A model generated the notes under the pieces. It was not told where the DNA came from, made no database searches, and worked only from the letters and a program-made list of their open reading frames with translations. 64,000 bases of DNA from Bilabrum cf. latius. Lineage: Eukaryota. This document shows positions 49,531 through 59,909 of the stretch, in pieces; within the stretch, counting starts at the first letter, position 1, and each line of letters starts with the position of its first letter. A program made the translations under genes and the position numbers. Location: positions 1,612,001 through 1,676,000 of the forward strand of contig OZ237735.1 of the NCBI GenBank assembly GCA_965178125.1, written 5' to 3'.

Positions 49531-51528
49531 ATGTCAAATAAATCATCTGGCGCTGCTGGATCTAAGCTGACTCCCCCAAAACTGAAGCGATCCGAGAGTG
49601 TTTTGGCATTCTCCGAATGGCTCGCGTCGCCTTTGTGCGACCGTGACCTCTACTTCAGGTCGGTTGCAGATGGGATCGTGTATAGCCGAGAAATCATGGC
49701 AGATTCCGTCACCCAGCAGTTGATGGCAAAGTGGGAGGGAATGATCAGCGAGTCGCCTATCACGGCGACCTTCGACGAGATCTGCATCAAGCTATGCAAA
49801 GTAGCGGCAGGAGATGAGCTGAAGGATGTGAGCATTGATAAGGTCAAATCGTGGCGCATTGAGCTGCCGCCCCTGGGGTCTGGATGTGCGTTCTCCGCGA
49901 TGGCTAGAACGAGAGCAGCCCTTCGCGAGTGGCAGCACCCGTTGCTGGCTGCTGCACTGCAGCAGTGCGCAGAAACGGACATTTCAAACTGTCAGGTAAC
50001 CTGCGCGATGATCTGCAAGACCGCATCGAACTGCGATGCCGCAAAGCGCTTCATGTTCACGCTCCTCGTGAAGCGAGCAGTCTCCAGCCTGCCGGAAGGC
50101 GGGCGTCTCAAGCCCCAGGTAACAGCAGCTCCAGCTGCGGCAGCGGCTGCAATGGCCGATCCTAGTAGCGCGGCCCCGGCAGTATCGGATGGCGACAAGG
50201 GCGATTCGGCGGCGTCGGGCGCCGGCGCAGGCGACGCGGCGACAGCATCTGCCAGCGATGCGAGCAGCACCGGCATGGACCCCGCCGTGGCCAGAGAAAT
50301 CCTGCGGAACTTTTGCATGGAGCGGATCGACGAGCTGAAGGAGAAAGCTCTTGCCTCCACGTTCTACGAACCGGCCCTTTGGTACCTGGAGACGACGGGC
50401 AGCAGCACCTGCAACTTCGAGGTGCACGCGGCGAACGTTTACCTGAGCTTTCTGGCGGTGGTGCTGGGCGTGAGAACTTCGCGGCAGCCCTACATCGATG
50501 ACCCCAACTGCACCCTAGGGCTGGTGCACTGGAGGCACAGCGTGCCCGTCACTGCCATCGAGGCGTTCCAGCGGCCAGAGTACCTGGGCAAGGGCTGGAT
50601 GGCTATCGCTAAGCTCAAGGGGCTGGGCGTGGACCGGACGGGGGACCCCCGCAGAGCAAAGCTCGTGGCGGAGATCGAAGAAGCGACCGCCAAGAAGGTG
50701 ACGGACGTGGAGGGCGCGGGCGCGATGGTCCAGCAGGCGGAAGACAAGCTCAAGGCATACGAGAGGAAGGCCGCCTGCACTCGATGGGCCCTCTAGGACG
50801 GAGAGGTGGAGGCCTGGCTCGCAGGCAAGGAGCCATACGAGGTGGTGCATGCAGCGGCGAGGGCGGCTGCATCTGGTGGGAGCGACGTGGCCGGTGCTGG
50901 TGCTGCCACTACCGGTGCAGCCAGTGGTGGCGCGGCCGCCGCCAAGGAAGCAAAGAAGCCGGCGAGCGGTGAGGGAGACAAGCCTGCGCCCGATGCGACC
51001 GAAGAGCCAGGCCCGGTATCAAAGCCCCCGAGCAGCCGCTTCCTGCAGAAAGGAAGCACCCCTCGCGAAGCGGTCCGGCTGCTTGCCGACGGCACCGCTC
51101 CCGCGTGGCAGATGAGAGCTGCCCGGGGATACGCCGCCCATTTCGCGTCCTACTTTGCACCGCATGCCGCGCTGCAGAGGCTCGTCGTCGCTTGCAACCA
51201 GGACGGGGGTCCCAAGAGCGCGCTGATCCGGGTGTTTGAGGCGATGCGGGAAGAGCAGAATGCGCTGCACAAGGAGGCGAGCACTGGCGGCGGAGCAAGT
51301 GCTTCGGCCAACGCGCCAGAGGGCCGGCCGTGCCTGTGGCCGCCGCTGGAGGAGTCACTGTCCGTGGACTTCTTTTTCTTCGATGACGAGGACTACGAGT
51401 TCCTGACGCACAATGCGGTGCGCTTCTTCTACTACCTTGGGATGGTCCGCGAGTCGCACGTTGCCAAGGCGGCCCGTGATGCTTGGGCGGCCTTCGATGC
51501 TGCAGAAGCCGGGTCGCCGATCGATTGA
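49531..51528 (+). CDS. Hypothetical protein, ~665 aa
   Basis: ORFs 49531-50796 and 50806-51528 share a frame and are joined by one TAG. Coding-like codon usage; ends TGA; no family recognised. Confidence 0.75.
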
Positions 51529-51760
51529 CCAATGGGATCCGTCCAAGCCTTGAAGGCCCTTGGTATGATGCAGTGGTGACCTGCGGAGCTTGACCGCATC
51601 CATGTACTTTCACTTCAGCCACGCACACATCTCACGAAGCAAAATGCACACTTTCTGAATATTCAGCATTCCTTTTTCGCATTCTGTTCTGTGCCGAGGC
51701 TGCAGTGCACTGGGCTGTGTGACCACCGGCGGCCAGCCCGCAGAGCTGCACTTTGTCGAG

Positions 51761-53839
51761 ATGGCAGCAAGCGGAGCAGGCGAGTCGGAGTCAAAGGTCG
51801 AGCAGAGGGACGGATTCCACGTGCAACAAGGAGCGCAGCCTGAAGCTTCGTACGCTGCCGACAAGAAAACGCTGGAGCAGATCCTGGAGGCATCTCGAGG
51901 TAAGCCACGCCGTTTCCATCAGCAATCCAGTGCACGAGAGGCATGCGTCATGTACCTGTGCGCACATTTCCCCAAGTATCCCAAGCACAGATGGCGAGCT
52001 CGCAATGCTGCGGGTGTTACTGGACGGGCAGAGCGACAAGTCCAAGACTTCCCTGAAAGAGCTGTGTCCCCGGCTACGGGACGGCAACAAGCGCACGGTG
52101 CTGCATTTTGCAGCAGCAACAGATCGTTCTGATACCGTACAGTACCTAGTGGTAGAGTGTTGCAGCGATTTGATCGACATGAAGGACTCGAGCGGAAGCA
52201 CCGCGCTCCTGCTGGCAGCAGCAGCAGGCTCGGCTCTAGCCTCAAAGTAAGCGGGTTTTACGTCCTTAGCATTCACAACCTTTACATCTATTTCAATGCT
52301 TGTTTTCATGTTCCGTACCCGGCGCTGCTGGCTCGCAGGAAGCTGCTGGAGCTTGGTGCTGACGTGCATGCAGCGCGGCCTAGCGGTGAGCAAGCAATTC
52401 ACCTGGCAGCCCGAAACGGGCGCACTGACGTGCTGGCAATCCTCTTGGAGCATGGTGCGGATGGATCGTCCATGGGCGACCACGGCACTGCCATCCACGA
52501 GGCCGCTGCCGACAACGAGTTGGAAGCCCTGCAGATGCTCCTGCGAGCGGTCGACAAGAAGGCCGGCCAGGCCAGCGGTAGCTCCTCGCAAGCGGAACAC
52601 GAGGCCGCCGCAGTCTCATTTCCGCCCTCTACTGCTCTTGCAGCGGAGCTAAACAGGCCCAGCCTGAAGGGTCCGACGCCGCTGGTGATGGCAGCAGCCA
52701 TGGGAGCGGAGAAGACCGCCGAGCTGCTGGTGCGGGCGGGCGCCAGGCTCGACACCGGAGCCGCCCTGGGAGGCCTCTCTGCATTGCACCTCTTCGCGGA
52801 CAAGGGCAACGCAAAGGGAGTGAAGGCCGTTCTAGAGTGTCCCGGGGGAGACGCAATGCCACCGCTCCCGTCTGAGAGACCGGCAGCCCCCGCCGCTGCA
52901 GAGCCGGTGCCGTCATCGCCAGCGGGTGCGAGCGGCGGGGCGGGCCAAGCCGACTCGAGCTCTCCTCAAGAGGATTCTATCGAGTGGAAGTCGGAGGAGC
53001 GGGCCCGGCTGGCCTGCTGCAGGCGCAACGCGGACGGCCTTATCCCACTGCAGCTCGCGCTTGCGAGTGGGCACACAGACGCAGCCGGGCTGTTGCTGGA
53101 GGCGAGCCGGAGGGCGCTGCCCGAGGAGCAGAGGGGCATGGATCTCGATGAGCTGATCAAGGTGTACGCCGAGCAGGGCGAGAAGGACAAGGAGGCGAGG
53201 CAGCTGGCGCGGGCGCAGAAGCGCGCAGAGAAGAAGAGGAAGGACGCGTCCTCCTGGAACCCCCGTGACCCCCCCAAGCACCCGGTCCCTGGGTCCCCCG
53301 ACGGTGACGACTACGCTGACCTCGGTCCGCTGCCAGACGCTAGCAGCATCAGCGAGTCCAGCAAGAGGGAGGCAGCGGAGTGGAAGTACAGGGGGGACGG
53401 CGCGATGAAGGCGAAGCGCTTCATGGAGGCGGTGGGCTTCTACAAGCAGGCGCTGCAGAGGGACCCGCTCAACCACGCCATCTACTCGAACCGAAGCATG
53501 GCGCTGCTCAGGCTCAACCAGGCCGCCATGGCGCTGGAGGATGCCCGCTGGTGCAGGCGGCTGGCCCCGTGGTTCGTGAAGGGGTGCTACAGGGAGGGCA
53601 TGGCTCGCATGGCCATGGTGGACTTCGACCGCGCCTCGCAGGTCTTCTGGACGGCCTACTGCATGGACAACGAGAACTACGAGATGGCAGAACTGTTCAA
53701 GGAGGCCGTGGCCAAGGGCAAGGCCGTGGCTGCGAGGGAGCGTGGGGAGTCGGTTAGTGACAGTGAGGACGAGGACGAGGCCGCGGGCGGTGGTGCAGGC
53801 GGGGACAGGGAGCTCGAGACGGCCAAGATCGACGAGTGA
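51761..53839 (+). CDS. Ankyrin-repeat plus TPR protein, ~631 aa; exons 51761-51899, 51991-52246, 52339-53839
   Basis: Ankyrin motifs RTVLHFAA, GSTALLLAA, GEQAIHLAARNG, TAIHEAA, TPLVMAA, SALHLFA. TPRs KYRGDGAMKAKRF..YSNRSMALLRL..KGCYREG. Introns 51900-51990 and 52247-52338 (GTAAGC..CAG) reconcile three ORF frames. Confidence 0.85.
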
Positions 53840-54138
53840 TTGTGGCTGGGGCTGGGGGGCTCTGGACGCGTGCGTGCGTGTGTACAAGATAGTAGTAGGA
53901 GATAGAGAACCTCTTCGTTTGAGCGAATAATCCTGATCGACCTGCTTCGGCATGCAACCCACTACTGCAATCCAAGCAGAGACCCAAGGCATGCCTCGGG
54001 CACCGAAGCGGCACGTGTCGCGAGACACGTACTTCGGCCAGTGGGAGCAGCTGAGCTATCGACCATCAGAAGACACATTCCCAGGAAGTGCAGTCCCGGA
54101 ACGCTTGGCTACGCAGACTTGCTTGCCAGCTCGCTAGC

Positions 54139-57100
54139 TCACACGAACGTCGCAACCGTGCTCTGTCCACCGGGAGCTGCCTTGGCGGGCCCGGCAGCCG
54201 AAGCTCCGGCGGCCACGTTGGTGCTTCCTCGGCTTGCCGGAGGAAGCTGGGCGCTGCTGCCTGTCGCGGCAGCGCTGTTGGAGGCTTCGTTTGCAGGCGC
54301 TGAAGCCGGCTGCTTCGTCCCGCCACCGGGACACATGCCGTTCATGTACAGCGCTACGCCTGCGCCGATGCCGACCACGAGCAGCACTGCGATCACCACG
54401 CCGGCAATTGCACCGCCGCCCATGCCGTCGCCGTCGTCGGGGTCGACATCGTCGGATCCAGGGTTGCCGGAGGCACCGACGACGTCGGCCGCGACGCCGA
54501 CTCCAGAGTTGCTGCTGTCCAGTGTGACCACGGCAGTCTAGTCCACCTGGGCCGCGAGCACGGTGTCGGCTGCCATTGCAGTGGCCACCTGCCCGTTCTG
54601 CACCGCAGTCGCGGTGCGCTAATACGCTTCGGTGGCGTCTGCCTCGTCGTCCACTGCGAGCACGGTGGTCACGTACGCCTGCTGCTGCTGCCCCTGCAGC
54701 GTGCGCGCCTCGCTGCCCGATCCAGCAGAGGCCCGCCTCGCTACCGCGCCCACACGGAAGAAAACCTTGGCATCCGGCGCGGCGCTTCCGAACGCGGCGT
54801 CGAGCAGGATGTCGGCGAAACGGACGGAGGACGAGCAGTCGAACCCAGCGGCGGCGCTCGCGGTCAGGCGCAGGTTGAAGGTGAGGCTCACCACCATCTG
54901 CGTGGGCGTGAACTGCACTGCTGCCCGCCCGCCGACGCTGTCCGTGCACTCCTCGGCACCGTCGTCGATCGGGCTGCGCACCGCGGTGCTTGGAAGTGGC
55001 GTGGGTGCCGGCGTGGGAGTCGGAGACGGGGACGGCGCGACGGGGTCGTTGAAGGGCGAGGCCAGGGACAGGAGGTGCACACGGCCCATGTCTGGCTCGC
55101 CCACGGCAAGCACAGAGTCGATGGAATTTGCCCCCAGGAAGTTGCCAAGCCCTGCCAGCCCGGATGCAAAGTCTGGACGGTCGTCCTGGATGGGGTGCGT
55201 CAGCCAGCTCGTGGCCACGCTCGAGATGTCCCTAGTGGACCGCAGGGAGGCGTTGGCACTATTGGAGTCAAAGTCGAGGAACATGATCACTGCAGCAGAC
55301 TAGGAGCGCGGCTGCGGCGGCGGTGAAGGCGATGGCGACGGCAGCATGGGCGGGTTGAAGAAAAAGTCGTCGAATTGCGGCGGCGGGTTGTCGTCCGATC
55401 CCTTGTCAAGCTGCGCTCGCCTCTTCAGTGCCTTGTTCGGGCCCCTGCCTTCGGATCGACCGACAGCGATCTCAGGGAATCCATCGCCGTCGAGATCACC
55501 CAGGTTGGCGAGGGACAGTCCCATATACCCGCCTGACACCAGTGGCAGGCCGGCCGCGCCTGCCACTGCCTGCCCCGTGCGAGTTAGCATGGTGACTTCG
55601 TCCACGGTCCAGGCAGGAACGTCCATTGCGAGCAGGAATACAGCTCCATCAGAGTTGGAATGGCCCGGGGCACCGACTGCGAGCAGCGCTGGCACCGTAG
55701 GCGTGGTGCTGTCGCGCACGAGGACAGCACTCTGCCCGAATCGAGCGTTCCGTCCGAGAATACCGGTAGGAAAGCCGCCCTGGCCATCCGTGATCTCTCT
55801 CTTCCACTCCACAGTGCCGTCAACTCCGAGCCCCAGTAGCATCAGCACGCCACTGGCCACCACGGTGCGTCCGTTCTGGTTCGGGGCCCCGATAGCCACC
55901 GTCGCGTAGCGTGCGGCCGGTCCCGCCTGCAAATCATCGTCCGTAGTGTCGTCGTCCGTGGTGTCGTCGTCCGTAGTGTCGTCGTCCGTGGTATCGTCGT
56001 CCGTAGTGTCGTCGTCCGTGGTATCGTCGTCAGTGGTGTCGTCTCCGATTGCGACCAGCAGGTTTCGGTGCTGCAGCTCCCGCGCCTTGATTGGATCTAG
56101 CGGCGGCTCGGCCAGCGTGTCTGCCTTCCGGATGAGCGTAACCGACGCGCCGAACGCAGCCCTATGTGAGAGACCCATGGCTAGCCCGCCGTGCACCCGG
56201 GAGATCTGCTGCACTCCCTTGGCCGTGCCGTTGCGGTGCATGAAGATCACGGCGGCTGAACCTTCGCCAGTGCAGGCCATGAACGTGGTGCAAGAGCCGT
56301 GGGCATCATCATCGTCCGTGGTGGTGTCGTCCGTGGTGTCATCGTCGTTCGTGGTGTCATCGTCGTCCGTGGTGTCGTCATCATCGACAATGGCGACTCT
56401 GAGAGATCGGGCAAGGGACTAAACCCTGCGATCCAGCGGAGCCCCCACGAGCACGTCTGGCACCCCATCCCCGTCCAGGTCCCCGATGCTGGTGATCTGC
56501 TCAAAGGCCCGGCTGCCCTGATCGAACAATTCGGACGGGATGCCGTTCATACCGTTCATGAGCTCGACCGATGAGATGGCTCTGGTACCACTGCGTGGCA
56601 TCAGCAGCACGTGCATGCTGCCCTCCTGCGCCCCAGGAGCGGAGACCAGCAGGTCCTCGTGCCCGTTACCGTCGATGTCGCCCGCCGGCGCCACATTGAA
56701 GCCGAACTTGCGAGCCACGAGCTGCTGCTGCGTTCGGCCTCCAAACGTTTCTTCGTCGCCGGGAATCAGCACCTGAGAGAGTACCACCCCCGGCCCGCGG
56801 GTGGGCGCGGCGGTCGGAGTGGGCGAGGTCGAGGCGGATGGCGACGGGGATGGGCTCGCGGATGGCGACGGGCTCCCGGAGGCCTGCACCGCCTGTTTAC
56901 GCCCTGTAGTGGATTCACCTGCGAGATCAGTTGATGCAACCAGCATGGATATTCGTGTGGGGCCGGTTCGGAGCAAGCAGAGATCTGGCAGGGTAGCCGC
57001 ACGGTGCGAGGCTATGCTGCAGCCTACAAGGTGATTTTGCACTGCATTTATCCACCATAGACTAAATATGTACTAAATTTTCAAAATCGGTTGTTTGAAA

Positions 57101-57203
57101 CAGCCTAGTAGCTGGTATATGGTCCACACGGCCCGGCCTTACTTTGTGCGCTAATCTGGCAAACTGCCGCAAGCGCCGTGATTGCAATGAGTACGGACTT
57201 CAT
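54139..57203 (-). CDS. Type I membrane protein with FG-GAP (integrin-alpha-like) beta-propeller, ~946 aa; exons 57203-57143 and 56918-54139
   Basis: Exon 1 is a signal peptide (MKSVLIAITALAAVCQISAQ); phase-1 intron 56919-57142. FG-GAP/Ca loops GDIDGNGHEDLLVSAPG, GDLDGDGVPDVLVGAP, GDLDGDGFPEIAVG, LLAVGAPG..GAVFL. TM helix GAIAGVVIAVLLVVGIGAGVALYM. Four TAG; ends TGA. Confidence 0.85.
55933..56044 (-). repeat. 15-bp coding tandem repeat, 7 units encoding DDDTT
   Basis: Plus-strand units near gtcgtcgtccgt(a/g)gt, alternating a/g, which suggests a 30-bp higher-order unit. Confidence 0.92.
56305..56388 (-). repeat. Second, more degenerate Asp/Thr coding repeat (DDDDTTDDDDTTNDDDTTDDTTTDDDD)
   Basis: Related ~18-bp units in the FG-GAP gene frame. 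Confidence 0.8.
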
Positions 57204-57963
57204 AACGCCTATCTGCAAAATAATGGGTCAATCAGTAAGTAAAAATGCATGTCACCAACTCTTGTGCTAATGTGTTCATACTAATGTGGAGATATTGGGC
57301 ATGATTGGCATGCGGTGGGCGTTCAGCTGGACGGAACAAAATGTTCCTCTGACTCCAATAGTCGCCAGGTTCTAGGGGTAGTTGAACCTGCAATGACAAC
57401 CTGTTTATATCAGTATTGCACTTACCAAAAGTACAGTCGACACTAGCGCCTGGTCGGCTTACTGAATGGACTTCAGTTGTGAGGCCCGGCGGGGTGCAAG
57501 CTGCTTGCGGAACGGTCCCGGGACTTCTCGCGTCACACGCGATTTCACAGACGTAGGGAACTCTGTCGGCCCGTGAGCCTTAAAGATGGCCACTCGATGG
57601 TATTTGTACCCACGTACAGATTCAAGCATATTCGTTCTCACGCAACAGCCAAAAGTAGAGCCAGCAATCGACTTGGTGCCTTCTGAATAGCGACCATTTG
57701 AGCCCAGCAACGGTCGCTTTCCTCAGTAACCAAAACCGGAAGTGGCCGAACTTCGCAGCAAGCAGCAAGCAGCAAGTGGTCAGGCCCACATTCACGGTGC
57801 GAGTACAGGAATGAAAAAAATCAATACCTTTTTTGCTTAGGCTGTTTAATTCATCGGGACTGACATTCACGTATCACAAGCTCGGACACAGCATTGTGAC
57901 AGCACCGGTGTTCGGCTACGGCACCAGCCCGCCCGCAGTCGCCCTCGCGTACCATCGAGAGCA

Positions 57964-59782
57964 TCACTTTCCAAGCTTCCCATTTGCTCCAGACCTGCTC
58001 ACCAACGCGCGAGCTGCCACGACCCGCTGCGAATAGCTCATGTGGCCCTCCTCCATCTCGCTCCTCCGCAGCTCAGAGACCTTGGCTCCGTCCCCAGTCG
58101 TAAACACCACCTTCTTCACGAACGAGCACCGCCGAATCACAGCCAGACAGAGAGCGCACGGTCGGGAAAAACCCAGGGTATCAGGTGCCGCCGGCAGGTC
58201 AGCCACCCTGACTCCCCTCCGGCCGGCCTCCTCGCGGCGGGCCATCTCGTCCCTCGGCGCGCCCCCGTCCACCCCCCCCTCACCCTTGAGCGTCCTCACC
58301 ACCGTCAGAGTCATGTCGGGAACAGACGACAGGAACTTGCGCACCGAGGCCGGCTACCGGGACTCCCACTCGTCACACGGTCGCAGAGCCGCCACGAGGT
58401 GCCTTGACCTCGACTTGATCCCCGTACCGGACACCAGCGCCCGCCTGGCCGCCGAAGAGATCCCCCTGGGGTCGCTGCCCCCCGCTACGGGGTCCTCCAG
58501 GTGCAGCCCCCCGACGGGGTCCACCATCACCTGGTGCACCGCAGAGCTGGCCATCCCATCCTACTCGCCGCGGCTCCTGGCCGCGCTCTTCTTGCTCGCG
58601 GACCTTGTCTTCTTCTTCGATCGCAGCATCGCGCGAACGTCCATGGCCGGCTGCTGCTTCTTGCGGCGATGGCGGCGGTTGTTATTGGTGTCGCAAGCAG
58701 TGGCGGTGGCGGCGGGCAGCGGTGCGCGGAGCTCGGCGTGCTCGGGCTGTGCCCTCTGCTGGCGGGCACCCTTGCTGCTCTTCATGCACCCGGCATCATC
58801 GGCATCATCGGCGTGCTGCTTGCCACCGCGGGCCCGTGCCTTCTTCGTTGGCCACCCTGTCTCGAGGGAACACGAGGCGGAAGAGCCCTCTACCCTACGC
58901 CACGGTGCCCCCCCAATGCTAGACGCGTCCTCCGAGCTGCTCGGTGGTGCGCCAGACGCCACGGAAAGCGCGTTCTCGTGCGCAACTGAGGATCGACGCA
59001 CAGCCTCGAACACGCCCGGCTCGGAAGGCCCGGTCAACGATGACCGCACGGACTCTGCGCCCACGGAGCACGTGTCGCTACTGCTGCTGCTGGCGGCGGG
59101 CGCAGCGGGCGCGCTGCTGCAGGGCAAGGCGAGCGCATACTCGAACGGGGCTGAGCACAGCAAGGCTCGCGTGGCGGGGTCCGCGAGGCGGTGGGCGGCG
59201 GCTACATGCTTCGATGCAGGATTTGAAGCTGACTGATTGCATGCCACGCTCAATCCTGCAGCAGAGTCGTGGCTAGCCCGCCGCTTGGCTCGCCGGTATC
59301 GCCTCGCCTTCTTGCGCGGTCGCTGCTGCTTCTCATCCGTCAGGTTCTACAGCTTCAAAACATTTAATACACGGCCTACTCAGCAAAGACCGCGTCGAGA
59401 ATAGCTCAAGCTCGGCGTCCTAAAACACGGAGCTTGGCAAGGGCTTGCCTGTGACGGTGGACAATCAGCGCGAAAAGATGCATCAATGACGTTGGAAATG
59501 CAGTGGAGCTGTCATACGCTTTGGCTCGAACGATAGACTACTAGCCGTCTCACCATTGACACGGAGGCGCATCAAGGCATCGATCTCAGCGTGCAGCGAG
59601 CACTCAAGGTGGCCGGCGGGGGCAAACGGAGAGTTTGTCCCAACCGCTGCTACCTTGCCACCGCGGGTGAGCACGGCCCCGTGAGCTGAAGGCAGTCCGT
59701 TCTCGACGGCTGCGCTGGATGCAATTGCAATAGAGCGCTGCTGCGAAGCAGTTGGCTTGTTCTCGATGGAAACTGTCGGCAT
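57964..59782 (-). CDS. Zinc-dependent cytidine/dCMP deaminase-like protein with ~400-aa insertion, ~546 aa; proposed intron 59376-59553
   Basis: N-half HGAVLTRGGKVAAVGTN..CSLHAEIDAL and C-half LTVVRT..SRPCALCLAVI..VKKVVFTT. Joined by a phase-1 GTGAGA..TAG intron (acceptor tentative) and in-frame TAGs at 59347, 58561 and 58354; ends TGA. Confidence 0.72.
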
Positions 59783-59909
59783 TTTGTACTCTGTTGGCCT
59801 CCTTTTCTCTTCTGCGGCTGCATTGGAAACCGCGGAAAGTTGCACTCGTCACATCGATGACTAAAACCGGAACTCCACCGCGAGAAGGAAGAAGGTTAAA
59901 CTCGTGCGA

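Noticed and set aside
55933-56388. Direct repeats as a possible CRISPR array
   Set aside because: The units are contiguous 15-18-bp in-frame coding repeats with no unique spacers, and no cas genes are present.
57300-57950. Short ORFs between the FG-GAP and deaminase genes
   Set aside because: No recognisable product; a small spliced gene cannot be excluded without RNA data.
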